NCBI GenBank assembly: GCA_010909165.1
Contig: MU008215.1
Coordinates: forward strand, 124,001-188,000
DNA length: 64,000 nucleotides
Direction of reading: 5' to 3'
Source: Anthoceros angustus
Taxonomy: Eukaryota; Plantae; Anthocerotophyta
Position 1 is the stretch's first letter. Every line of letters starts with the position of its first letter. This document shows, piece by piece, positions 1-13,100 of the stretch. A program made the translations under genes and the position numbers. The notes under the pieces were generated by a model that did not search any database, was not told the origin of the DNA, and was given only the letters and a program-made list of their open reading frames with translations.

Positions 1-1714
1 CGAATCAGCTAGAAGGTATCCATCTCGTCATAGACAACCTCCTGATTATTACCGTGCTCCAGACTTTCGTGTTTCTTCTTCCTATGTGACAATCAATGCT
101 GCAACCTCTCTGGACCCCATTGAACCTCAGTCCTATGAAGAGGCGTTGAGTAGACCTGATCACAAAGAATGGGAAAAAGCAATTCAGTCAGAATATGACT
201 CCTTGATGGAGAACGGAACTTGGGAGCTTGTGGAATTACCTTCAGACAGAAAACTGGTTTCATGTAAATGGGTCTTTAAACTAAAAGTTAAGGCAGATGG
301 TACCTTCGACAGGTATAAAGCTCGTTTGGTGGCGAGGGGTTTCTCCCAAATCCCTGGTTTGGACTACCTTGAAACCTTTTCTCCAGTTGTCAAGCTGTCC
401 ACACTCCGTATTATCCTTGCCATATCCACACATTACAATTATGAGTTACAGATGTATGATGTCAAAACAACCTCCTTGTATGGCAAATTAGACACTGAAA
501 TATACATGCAGCAGCCACCAGGATATGAAGTAAAGGGTAAGGAAAATCATGCTTGCAGACTGATCAAGTGCATCTATGGTTTGAAGCAATCAGCTATGAA
601 ATGGAATGCTGCCTTAGACACTGAACTGCTACAGCTTGGATTTACTAAGAGTCAAGCTGACAGCAGTTTATACATACATCTAAAAGGAGAAGTTATATGC
701 TATCTGGCAGTGTATGTGGATGATCAAATCTTATCCAGTAACAGCCAGGTTTTCATTACTAGCATCACAGATGTGTTAGCCACAAAGTTCAAGATGTCCT
801 ACTTAGGACCTTTACAAAGTTGCCTTGGCATACACATTCAAAGAAACAGGAAAACACGTGTTATGACTTTGACTCAACCACGTTACCTTCTTGATTGTGC
901 TGAGTAACTTGGCCTTAAGGACGCAAAGCCTGCGTCAACACCCATGTCAACTGGTCAGAAGCTAAGTAAAATGATGTCACCTTCTACTCGTGATGAGAAA
1001 GAGCAAATGAAAAACATACCTTACAGACAGGGTGTTGGTAAGCTAATATATGCAAGCAACACAACAAGGCTTGAAATAGCATACAGCACAAGTGTACTTT
1101 CGCAATTCCTGGAAAACCCAGGACTGGAACACTGGACAAGTCTTAAACGTGTCTTCAGATACCTGAAAGGCACAGCCAAAATGGGCATTACATATAAATA
1201 CCAAAATGGAAAAGCTTTGGACCTTGAAGTCTTCACAGACTCTAACTACGCTGGTGATATTGATAGTAGAAAATCAGTGTCAGGCTATGTAATCTCGATC
1301 GCTGCAGGGCCAGTATGCTTGTCAAGCAAAAAGCAACCAACTGTTGCTTTGTCTTCAACAGAAGCGGAGTATCGCGTTCTGACTGCAGCAGCCAAGGAAA
1401 TAGTGTGGTGTAAGTTACTTTTCAAAGAGCTGGGAATACCAATTCCAACTTGCGCGACTATCCACACAGACAACCAAGGTTCGATGGCTTTAGCGAAGAA
1501 TCCAGTATTCCACGCACGCACGAAACACGTTGAAGTTGAATATCACTATATAAGAGGACTTGTAGCAGAAGGCAAAATAGAGCTTCAGTATGTCCCAACA
1601 CAGGAGAACCCGGCCGACATACTCACTAAGGCTCTGAGCAGAGATGCTCACTACAAGCACATCCAGCGTCTAGGCATGGGAGAGGAACAAGCTCTCTCAT
1701 CCAGCTCAGTTTAA
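1..1714 (+). pseudogene. pol: Ty1/Copia pol C-terminal part (reverse transcriptase + RNase H), element 0, 5'-truncated by the window edge
   Basis: ORFs 86..907 (EPQSYEEAL, KWVFKLK, YKARLVARGF, IYGLKQS, YVDD) and 944..1714 (RYLKGT, FTDSNYAGD, VALSSTEAEY, KHVEVEYHYIR, ADILTK) are in the same frame, separated by a TAA at 905-907. Confidence 0.95.
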
Positions 1715-2028
1715 ATCAGAACCTAGCTCTAAAACTCCGGTGTATCACAACCATAAAAAACAGCAGTATATCCAAAGTCTATTTCGTCTCCAAATTGCAA
1801 GCATTCGGAAGTAGACTCATCTTCGGTGCTGGATGGTTTGTAATGGCCACCGGGTGACGGTTCTTCAGTGGAACTTGAATGGTTTCTTCTCCTGGATGGT
1901 GCTTCCTCAACTTTCTCCTTATATTTCTGCCTAGCCTCTTCTTTGATCCTCTCAGTGGACTCTACACACACATCAAGAAACAAAACCACGTTAGCAACCC
2001 TTTTCCTCGAAGATATAAGCAACAGGAC

Positions 2029-2218
2029 TGTGAAGATATATGTTTATATAACCTAACACTCGCTTAAGTATTAATAGCATTTAGGGTTATGAAAGGTCGT
2101 TTAGATGAAACGACACTATGGTCAATTTAAGAAGTAGTTTAGACAAACAGTTTTGTATTATACATTTTCTGATCTATCTGAGTTTTCAGCTTTCTCGTCT
2201 CCTACTCATTCCTTCACA
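2029..2218 (+). repeat. 5' LTR of Copia A
   Basis: TGTGAAGA...TTCACA, 187/190 identical to 23731-23920. Confidence 0.97.
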
Positions 2219-2230
2219 TGGTATCAGAGC
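2219..2230 (+). promoter_or_regulatory. Primer-binding site (initiator tRNA-Met type) of Copia A
   Basis: TGGTATCAGAGC immediately after the LTR. Confidence 0.93.
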
Positions 2231-3415
2231 CATGCTCTGCATCTTGTGCAAAATCCTGAAAGATGCCGAGGCAAGGTGGCAATCGTAGAGGATCACATCT
2301 TGGTGGATCCTCTAGACACCCTCATCTTAGAGGATGTCCACCAAGGCACATAGCACCCCTATCTATAAACACGGTGCTTGACCTCTACGAGCAAAACTAC
2401 CCTGCTCTCTGGCTACAAAGATTCGCTGCTCAACGTCGTCCTACATCTGCATCTTGGACATTGAACAGAAACCAAGAGGCCAACCGGCTCTATCGAGCAC
2501 GCTGCCACAGGAGAGGACAAAACCCGACACATGCCTAGACCTCGACCGAGCTTGACCTCTCCAGTTACTTGTTGGACCCTTGGTGAAATAACAATTCCAG
2601 GATCAACTGTAGGTTGACCAAGCTCTGTGACAATCGCAACAAGACACCACAACCACGAATTTAATGCCCACCTTTGGATTAAGGATTGTGCGACAAATCA
2701 CAAGCGATACTTATCCGTGTGGAAGAAGTGTTGTCCCTTGTCTTTGTCAAACGAGTTTTCTCAAACGAGTTGGCGATGCGGATTACGAGGAGGCGAGCAA
2801 TTCTCATACTGAGGCGAGCTCCAACAGGATATCGGCCATTCGATCTCACACGCACATGGACCTCAAATTGCAGAATCTTAATCAGAGTTGCTTGCACGAT
2901 GCATGATTCAGCCTTCTTGTGAAACCTTGCTGCCCATAGTAGAGACACCCGGTAGCGGGAGGAATTCCACCGATCTGGTCGGTGCATTTTCATTGCACCC
3001 TTCTTTGGTGCACACAACCACATTGGTCCACCTGTAGGTGTCACTTCACAGGATTGGGATATGTCGGTTGATTTGACCTAACTGAAACGTCATAAAAAAT
3101 GAAAAGGCATTATTTCTAGGGTTTGCCCAGTTCTTGGCAACCGTTCATAATATCGAGGAAGGAAAGTTGAGGAGTTCAGCACGAGCAGGGCATAGCCTCT
3201 AGCTACCCCCTCCTTTGGCTGACCTCCCCAACACCCCTCCCCTGCGCATTATGATCAGTCTTTAATTACGTATAAACAAATGATGCATGAATACTTACCT
3301 GTACTGTTAAGAGCCATAGCTCTCTATAGTCTGTCTAAGTGTTCATGTCCCGCTGACACACACGCATTATGATTTTCAACAACTTACTTTACATCAAACC
3401 AATAAGCCCTCAGCC

Positions 3416-4331
3416 ATGGCAGCATCAGCATCCTCGCCCTCCTTTACCTCAGAACTTAAAGAGAAAGATAGGTTTAAGGGACAGGGCTACTCAATATGGA
3501 GAGTCCGCATGAGGAGCATGCTGGTTGCTCATGGTGTTTGGGCTGTTGTGGATGGGACTTCCAAGAAACCAGAACAGACAGCTAATCCTCCACCCACTGC
3601 CGATGACATTGCCAAGTGGGATTTGCTCAATGGCATTGCCATGGCCCTTCTTATCGGAGGCTTAGACGCTGATCTTGTCCCTGAAGTCGAATTCTTCACT
3701 GCTGCAGCTGAGATCTGGAACCAACTTGAAAAAAAAGACAAAGTTCAAAACATGATGGCTCTTTGCGCAGTTCGGCAAGAGTTCTATGCACTTAAAATGA
3801 AAGAAGGTGACAAGGTGGCAGCTCATACCAGCAGATTTCGTCATCTGCGGGCACAGATGGCATCAATGACCGGAGAAAAAAATGTCCGAAGTTGATGCTG
3901 TGGCCCAGCTGCTGACCAGTCTTCCTGCCTCTTACCAAGCATTTGTTACAAGCCAAAACGAACCAATTCGGATAGCACATACTGCGACCTCCTCTGGTCA
4001 ACCTATGACCATCACTCTAGAAGAAGTGATTGGTGCCTTGTTCCAGGAGGAGCAAAGCCGCGCATTCTCTGCTAGTGTTCCTAAGAGCAAAGCGGAGAAG
4101 GTGTTAGCCGCGAATTTCCGTTCATCCAATGGCAAGAACAAATTCAGAGGGGGACACAACACCTTTCGACAACAGAAAGGCGAATCCTCCAACACCAAAC
4201 AACCAGGTTCCTGCAATTGGTGTGGGACTCCTGGCCACTGGGCAAGAGAATGCCGTAAGAAAAAGGCAGGTGAGCCGCAGAAGCAACCTAAGCACCTGGC
4301 GTGGCAGTCAAGGACAAGGCAAGTGATATGA
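3416..4331 (+). CDS. gag: Copia A gag (frameshifted) with CCHC zinc knuckle
   Basis: ORFs 3416..3895 (YSIWRVRMRSMLVAHGVW...AEIWNQL) and 3882..4331 (LLTSLPASY, CNWCGTPGHWAREC). Confidence 0.9.
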
Positions 4332-5913
4332 AGGCATCTGTGAGGATCCTTACCATCTGCTTGTCAAGTTCTCTGCAAGATGAAGGCTGCTGGTACATGG
4401 ATTCTGGCGCCACAACTCACATTTGCAGAGACAGGGAGTTGTTCACTTCCCTCAACCTTGCTCATGTCCATGACAAGGTGCTTCTTGGTGATGAGCAGTC
4501 TCAGACAAGTCTGCAGATTGAAGGTCGAGGCACATGTGTGTTTATGTTGCATGATCACACATCTCTCGTGTTAGAAGATGTTCTCTTGTCCCTGGCATGG
4601 CCAAGAACCTCATGTCTATGAATCAGGTCATGCGATTACATACCTTCTTCATGCGTGCAGATTTTGACACTTGCTGCTTCTACAGAAAACAGTCTCCTAA
4701 TAGATGTGTTTTCAAAGGCATTTTAGAAAATGACCTGTACAAGATAGACATAACATGTAACACGCAGCCTGTCCAACATGCTGCTCACTCAACTGGAGCA
4801 AAGTCACTTAGCTCGCAACAGGAGGCCATGTTGTGGCATGCTTGCTTAGGACACGTCAATCGTTCCAAACTTATAGACATGTCGGTCATCGAGTGTCATC
4901 GTGAACCACTCCCTAAGTGTTTCAAACACTTGCCTATATGTGAATCTTGCATCTTAGCAAAACAGAAGGAATCTTCTTTCCCAAATGCACCTGCACACAG
5001 GGCAACACAAGTCCTTGGTTTAGTCCATGCTGACATATCAGGAAAAATTCATGAGCCATCATTAGGGGGCTCGCAATATTTTCACATTATGATGACTCTG
5101 AGATATACGGACATTCCCGTCTGACTAAAGTGATACATTCTCATGCTTTGGGGACTGGCTCACTATTATTCAGAGACAGTCTGGCATGCTACTCAAGGTG
5201 CTCAGGACGGACAACGGGACAGAGTTTGTAAATCAAGCTTTTGACGACTTGCTGCAAGAACATGGAGTTCTTCGCCAACTAAGCATCCCTTGCGCACGGC
5301 AAAGCGGTGTGTCGAGCGAAAGAATCAAAAGCTGCGTTGTGCAGACATGCTAATTTGGGCGGGATTACCTCAAGGTTACTGGGCAAAGGCCATCGTTACT
5401 GCGACGTACATTCTGAATAGGGTTTTGACAAGCTCTGTCCCGCACAAGACTCCATATGAGGTGTTCTGGCTTCGCAAGCCCAGCTTGCTACACTTGAAGG
5501 TTTTTGGATCTCGAGCCTTTGCACACATTCCAGCTGATAAGAGGAAGAAGCTTGATCCCCGTTCGCAAGGACTCCTTTTGTTGAGCATGACCGCAAAGAG
5601 CATAAGCTGGTCAATAGGCGGGTCCATGGTGCTTGCACGAAGTGTGATTTTTATTGAGCCTGCAGCTCCAACTACCTCCATTGGGGACAACCATCTACCT
5701 CCATTATCGGACATTGTAGACCCCACAGCTACAGAATCAGATCTTACTGCCTGTGACTATCCTCTGGACGATATGGAGCAAGCCGTCCCCGTGCTTGATG
5801 AGAATCTGCAGGCCCAAGCCCCACATGTGAACCCCGCCCCAGCCATTGCCAACCCTGGATTTGTTGATCTTGCAGATCCCATTTTACTAGATGGCGAGGG
5901 GGCGATCCGGTGA
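4332..5913 (+). pseudogene. pol: Copia A pol N-part: protease, GAG-pre-integrase, integrase (frameshifted)
   Basis: WYMDSGATTH (~4390), LWHACLGH (~4830), CESC, VHADISG, RTDNGTEF (~5205), WAKAIVTATYILNR, HLKVFGSRAFAHIP. Confidence 0.9.
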
Positions 5914-7225
5914 TCCACGATCGTCGATCACGATCACGATCCAGTCACGATCACGATCACGATCACGATCACGATCCACGATCACGGTCACGATCACGAT
6001 CCTGATCACGATCACGATCACGGTCGATCACGATCGATCGATCCGATCACGGTCGATCACGATCGGTCACGATCACGATCCGATCACGATCGCGGTCACG
6101 ATCCGATCACGGTCGATCGATCACGATCGATCTGCGATCACGATCCGGTCGCGATCACGATCGATCCGATGTCGATCTGATCACGATCCACGATCACGAT
6201 CACGGTCGATCGATCGTCACGATCGCGATCGGATCACGATCCGATCATCACGATCACGATCCACGATGCGATCACGGTCGATCACGATCGCGATCGATCA
6301 CGATCCGGTCGATCACGATCGATCACGATCACGATCACGATCGATCGATCGATCACGATCACGATCGATCCACGATCACGATCACGATCCGATCACGATC
6401 GCGATCCACGATCACGATCACGATCGATCGATCGATCCGATCGATCCGATCCACGATCCGACGGTCACGGTCACGATCGATGCGATCGATCAGTCACGAT
6501 CACGATCACGATCACGATCGATCGGTCACGATCATCGATCACGATCCGATCACGATCACGATCACGATCGATCACGATCACGATCACGATCCGATCCGGT
6601 CGATCACGGTCGATCACGATCGGTCGGTCACGATCGATCCGATCACGGTCGATCGATCACGATCGATCACGATCGATCGATCCGATCGATCACGATCGGT
6701 CGATCGATCACGATCACGATCACGATCACGGTCGATCGATCACGGTCACGATCACGGTCGATCACGATCCGATCCTGATCACGATCGATCGTCCGATCGA
6801 TCGATCGATCACGATCTGATCGATCACGATCACGATCACGATCACGATCGATCGGTCACGACGGTCGATCGATCACGATCACGATCACGATGCGGTCGAT
6901 CGGTCGATCACGATCCGGTCGATCACGATCACGATCCGATCACGATCGATCACGATCTCGATCACGATCACGATCTCGATCGATCACGATCGATCACGAT
7001 CCGATCGATCACGATCACGATCACGATCTCGATCGATCACGGTCGATCGATGATCACGATCACGATCCGGCCCCGATCTCGATCCTGATCACGATCACGA
7101 TCACGATCGATCGATCGTCACGATCGGTCGATCTCGATCACGATCTCGATCCACGATCTCGATCACGACCGATCCGATCACGATCTCGTCGATCGTCACG
7201 ATCACGATCGATCACGATCACGATC
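5900..7225. repeat. Degenerate (CACGAT)n / GATC-rich simple-repeat array, ~1.3 kb, in the IN-RT linker of Copia A
   Basis: Continuous gatcac/cgatc/ggtc units; the RS-, IT- and DH-repeat ORFs in the track come from it. Confidence 0.97.
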
Positions 7226-7479
7226 TGGTGGGTTCACCTAGATGCGATGTGTACCGCTGCACTGATACCGCCCGCACCAAATTTTCACTGATGCGCCGAC
7301 TCGGATGTTGAGCCTCTCCCGACCACCCAGGCTCAGGCGATCTACGATCGGGCCCCCACCTACAGAATGGCATGAACCCCGCTACACCTCTGTGGATTTT
7401 CGAACCCATCTTGTCACGCCTTCCTTTGGCACGGGCATTCTCCGGATGAACCTACCAGTCTATCTCGGGGCCCTTCTTG

Positions 7480-7882
7480 GACTGAACATTTTGCGTGGAA
7501 GGTGCGTTGGAGGATGAATACCAGTCACTTGTTAAGAACAAAACCTGGGTGCTTGCAGACCTCCCACCTGGATGCAAGGCCATATCCTGCAAGTGGGTGT
7601 TCAAGTTAAAACTAAATGCCAAAGGGGAAGTTGCTCGTTTTAAGGCTCGACTTGTGGCCAGAGGGTTCACGCAAGTGGAGGGGCTCGACTACCAGGAGAC
7701 ATTCTCACCTATAGTTCGCAGCCAATCCATCCGCCTTATACTTGCCCATGCCACAGAATTTGATCTCGATCTCAGTAGATGGACGCGTATATGCGGCTTT
7801 TACGTATGGAGCTCTTGATGAAGAATTATACATGCTCCGACGGGGCTTATGAAGATCACGCATCCGGCAAGGTGTTAAAACT
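7480..7882 (+). pseudogene. pol: Copia A RT, part 1 (interrupted by Copia B)
   Basis: EDEYQSLVKNKTWVL...KWVFKLK...RFKARLVARGF (7495..7818); ends at GKVLKL just before the B LTR. Confidence 0.9.
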
Positions 7883-8047
7883 TGTTGGATATATACCGTT
7901 AGGTTAATATGATGACCTAGTTATTTAGGGTTACGAGACTTTATTTTGTATATAATACTTTTGCCCTTTGTTGAATACACATCGCCTTTGTTTATTGCTA
8001 CCTTTGCATGCTCACTTGCTTAGCTAGATGCAAGAGGTATTTGCACA
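7883..8047 (+). repeat. 5' LTR of Copia B
   Basis: Direct repeat with 15018-15184, TG...CA ends. Confidence 0.95.
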
Positions 8048-8229
8048 TGGTACCGAGCCCGTGATGGTATCGACTCCTTTGTATCTTGCAATGCCACGTG
8101 GTCGTGGAGAACGTGTTTTTCGTGGTGAATTTCCTTCACGGCACTGAATCACACATTCCCCACCACTCCCAAAGCGCCATGGACCAATGAGACACTCGAT
8201 AATTATCGAGTTTTGATACGACGGTTTTG

Positions 8230-9965
8230 GAAGAGGCAATTGCAAGAACAAAGAAGGCTCCACAATTTGAAAGCAGGCAAAACGGATAAACATCATGAAA
8301 TTGAGGCTTGTGAAGCCGTTCCAAACAAGTGACCCAAAATCGAATTGAAGAAACCACCTATATATCAGCATATAGATAATAGGCAATTGCGGTCTAATTT
8401 GGAGTTTCTTGATGATGCTATTGCGTAAGATTCGATTACGAATATCCCGATTATGAATATATATATTACGTGGTGGAATTTCATTGTAATCGTATTGAGA
8501 TACGTGTAGCTCAATTGCGTGCAAGACAGATACTTTTCTAGAGGTTATGCATGAGCAGAGAAGCGCACATGCACTCTCTTCCTTGAAGGAAGAATATTAC
8601 GGTCATTTGCAACATATCGGCAATCAATTGTTACTTCTTCTTGGGGATTCTAATTTACCTCCCTTGAGAAATTCAAGGACTCACCATTCTTTTCGGAGAA
8701 TCTAAATCTTTGGGGCATGATTGCCCGCCCATCGCGATCCGTGATCGCTGCCGCAAGGAGAGAGGAGAGCGATTATTGTTTTGGATTGCTCCAGCTTTGG
8801 ATAGCAATATGAAGAGGCAATTGCAAGAACAAAGAAGGCTCCAATTTGAAACGGAGCAAAACGGATAAACATCATGAAATTGAGGCTTGTAGTAGTTCCA
8901 AACAAGTGACCCAAAATCGAAATTGAAGAAACCACCTATATATCATATAGATAATGCAATTGCGGTCTAATTTGGAGTTTCTTGATGATGCTATTGCGTA
9001 AGATTATTACGAATATCCCGATTATGAATATATATATTACGTGGTGGAATTTCATTGTAATCGTATTGAGATACGTGTAGCTCAATTGCGTGCAAGACAG
9101 ATACTTTTCTAGAGGTTATGCATGAGCAGAGAAGCGCACATGCACTCTCTTCCTTGAAGGAAGAATATTACGGTCATTTGCAACATATCGGCAATCAATT
9201 GTTACTTCTTCTTGGGGATTCTAATTTACCTCCCTTGAGAAATTCAAGGACTCACCATTCTTTTCGGAGAATCTAAATCTTTGGGGCATGATTGCCCGCC
9301 CATCGCGATCCGTGATCGCTGCCGCAAGGAGAGAGGAGAGCGATTATTGTTTTGGATTGCTCCAGCTTTGGATAGCAATATGAAGAGGCAATTGCAAGAA
9401 CAAAGAAGGCTCCAATTTGAAACGGAGCAAAACGGATAAACATCATGAAATTGAGGCTTGTAGTAGTTCCAAACAAGTGACCCAAAATCGAAATTGAAGA
9501 AACCACCTATATATCATATAGATAATGCAATTGCGGTCTAATTTGGAGTTTCTTGATGATGCTATTGCGTAAGATTATTACGAATATCCCGATTATGAAT
9601 ATATATATTACGTGGTGGAATTTCATTGTAATCGTATTGAGATACGTGTAGCTCAGTGCGTGCAAAACAGATACTTTTCTAGAGGTTATGCATGAGCAGG
9701 AGAAGCGCACATGCACTCTCTTCCTGAAGGAAGAATATTCGGTCATTTGCAACATATCGCAATCAATTGTTAATTCTTCTTGGGGATTCTAATTTACCTC
9801 CCCTTGAGAAATTCAAGGCGGACTCACCATTCTTTTCGGAGAATCTAAATCTTTGGGGCATGATTGCCCGCCCGCGATCACAGATCGGTTTCCGCTGCAA
9901 GGAGAGGAGAGCGATTAGGGATTGCTTGTTGGATTGCTCCAGCTTTGGATAAGATATGAAGAGGC
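8230..9965. repeat. Three tandem copies of a ~575-bp unit in the 5' leader of Copia B
   Basis: GAAGAGGC anchor recurs at ~8230, 8811, 9382 and 9958; the ORF track gives identical 77-aa peptides at 8702..8935 and 9273..9506. Confidence 0.93.
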
Positions 9966-10199
9966 GACTAGGGTTACCAACTCAGACAGTTTAGCTTCAC
10001 GTTCAATCCCAATGCTTCCTCCTTGTAACCCTAACTTGTAGTTTTCTTAGGTCTTTTGTTTCACATTTTACCCTTAGCGGTTAGATGCTTATTGTGCCCT
10101 TGGCATCTTCATGATCTTTTCTAAGTCCCCGCCACATCCTGTTGTCCCAGTTTCTTGTGTCGATTAGCTTAGTTCCGTCTTTCCGCACATCTTGCAAAC

Positions 10200-13100
10200 A
10201 CACGGACATGACAACTCCTACCTTCACATCTGATATTAAGGACAAAGACAGGTTTAATGGCACTAGGTTTGACATATGGAGTGTGAGGATGAAGTCAACC
10301 TTACTTGCCCGTGGAGTCTGGAACGTTATTGATGGTTCAAATCCGGATCCAGGCACTCCTTCTAATCCTATGACAGCAGGTGCTACCGTCACAGTTGCAC
10401 AGAAGGAGAAATGGGATCAGTTGAACAGCATTGCTGTTGCCTTGCTGATCCATGGGCTTGAATCCGATCTTGTTCCTGAAGTAGAGTTTCTCACCAATGC
10501 CAAAGCAATATGGGATCAGCTTACTGGAACTTACAAAGTTGAGACAATGATGAGCTTATGCGCGATTAGGCGGCAATTCTATACCTTGCGCATGAAGGAA
10601 GGAGATTACATTGCGGCATTCACCCGATTTAGGCATTTGCGTGCCCGGATGGCGCTCTTGGCACAACCATGCAAGAGGTGGATGCGGTTGCTCAACTTCT
10701 CACCACCTGCCTCCCGCTTACCAAACATTTGTCACTACACTGTCCCATTCGAGTTCTGGCGAGCGTCAAGCTCATAGATGTTATTGGGGCTCTTTATCAA
10801 GAGGAGATGAGCCAGATGTCATCAAGGGGACAGACCTAAACTCGACAAAAGTATTTTCGACAAGAGGTCGCTTCAACACTAGAGGCGGAGAGAGGCCAAC
10901 CACTTGCCAGAATGTTACCTACCCTCCTACCTCAAAGAGACAAGGTAATCAGAATCGGTGTGGATCTCCGGCATTGGGCCGAGAGTGCGAAAGAAGAAAG
11001 CGGGAGCCTCGTGGCAACACCTCGACTGCAGCACACCACATCACAATCAAAAGATAAGGTTTGAACCTCGGCCTAGTAAGCCGATGGAAAATCTTCACGG
11101 TTTGCAGAACACTCAAAGCAGTGATGTAGATAGTTGGTACCTTGATAGTGGTGCCCACTCATTTGTCGTGATGAATTCCTTTTCACTAGCTTGACTCTTA
11201 CCTGCTTTCGACAAAGTGTATTTAGGCGATGAATCTAGTTCCAGCTGCATATACATGGCAAAGGAGTCGAATTCCACCCATGATGATATCTTTAGTCCTC
11301 CTGATGTTCTCTATGTGCCCAAGATGGCCAAAACTTATTGTCACTCAAGAGGGATAATGAAAATGCAAGACCTGGTACTTACGGTTTAGAAACCACATGT
11401 TGCTTTTCTCGCAACTCTCCCTCTCGTTGTATTTTCAAAGTTGTCTTAGACTCGTAGTTATATCGTCTGGATATCTCCTGTGTCGTCGTGAACAAGTCAA
11501 CTCCACCGTTGGTCATTTAACATTAACAGACTTTGGCATGCCGTCTTGGGCATGCAAATCGATCTAAACTTGTTGATCTTTCTAAGCGGGGTACAGGGGA
11601 ACCTCTTCCTCGTTGCTTTAAGGACCTGCCCATATGTGAAGTCTGCCTTAGCAAAGCATGAGACCCCTTCCCGAGGTTCGCATTTCGATCCATAGTCACG
11701 GAGTTAGTACATGCGACATCGATGGGAGACTTGAGGATCTCTTGGTGGAGCACAATATTATTTTACCCTCACTGACGATTACAGCAGATATACTTGGACC
11801 TATCCTATGGAGCATAAGAGCGATACCTTCCCTTTGTTTCAAGACTGGTTGCTTGTAGTTCAAAGACAAACTGGCCGCAAGTTAAAAATGTTCCGCACCG
11901 AGAATTTACGAGCTTTGCCTTTGAGCACTTCCTGGAGACAGAAGGCATTATCCATCAGCTTATAGTCCCATATACGCAACAGCAGAATGGTGTTGGGGAA
12001 AGAAAGAATCAGACGCTGATGAGTATGACGAGATCCATGCTCCTATGGTCTGGATTACCTCCTCCTTCGGGTAGTTCGCTACCTACATATTGAATCGCCT
12101 TACCTCTCACTCTCTGCTCGTGGCACACCTTCCAACTCTTTTGGAATCGCAAACCAAGTATTCCGCTCGCATTTTTGGTTCTCGAGCCTTCGCCTATGTG
12201 CTGCAGAGAAGAGGCGTAAGCTTGACAATCGTTCGGAGGGTTGATTTTGTAGGCTACAAGTGACTAAAGCCTATAAGCTCCTCGACATACAAACCATGTG
12301 CATGGTAGCTCGGAGTGTTACTTTTATTGAGAATTTGACTCCTTCATCATCGATGCTTCTCTTCTACGTGTTGTGGAGGATCCTACCCACCGTATTCGAG
12401 AATGACTGATTATCCGGATGATCGATGGTGAGCTGGCGGTATTGATCTTCAACGACACTAATCTGTTCCTCCATTGATCGCCTCCGCCATTAGCCCTTGC
12501 CCCACCTGATCCACGATCCTCCAGCGATCCACAAGATGGCGGATCTACCATAGGTCCTGTTCCAGCCCAAACTACCATTCAGATATTTGAACACGAACAG
12601 CTCTTCTCAAACTTGACTCTGTTAATGAGGGCTGACCTTTCACCGCTCTTCAACTTGTCCGGCCAATGTTCAATGTTTGCCGGTCTACCGTGAGCATCGT
12701 CCTCCCTCTCGTGGGAGCCCGTTATACATCCATTGACTTAGTAAGTCGGTGTACGCACCGTCCATCATGTTTCCTTTGTCATCCCTTGAGCTGTCACTCA
12801 AGGAAGCCTTTACAGGCGAGATAGAGACAAATGGAAACATCTGTGGGCGATGAATTTACTTGACCTCATTCGAATGGTACGGAAACTTGTCCTCGTCCAC
12901 AGGCCGCAAACCTATAACTCAGAATGGGTATTTAAACATAAGTTAGATTCCATGGCAACATAGCACGCTATAAAGCAAGACTCATGCACGTGGGTTCACA
13001 CAAGTACCAGTCCGGATTTCCAAGAGACTTTTCTCCGGTGGTACGCTCCCAATCTATCCGCCTTATGCTTGCTTTAGGCTGACGTGATTTAGAGTTGCGA

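Noticed and set aside
5891-7291. RS-rich 'SR protein' ORFs (5891..6778, 6480..7088, 6890..7291)
   Set aside because: Translation products of the (CACGAT)n array; no RRM or other domain.
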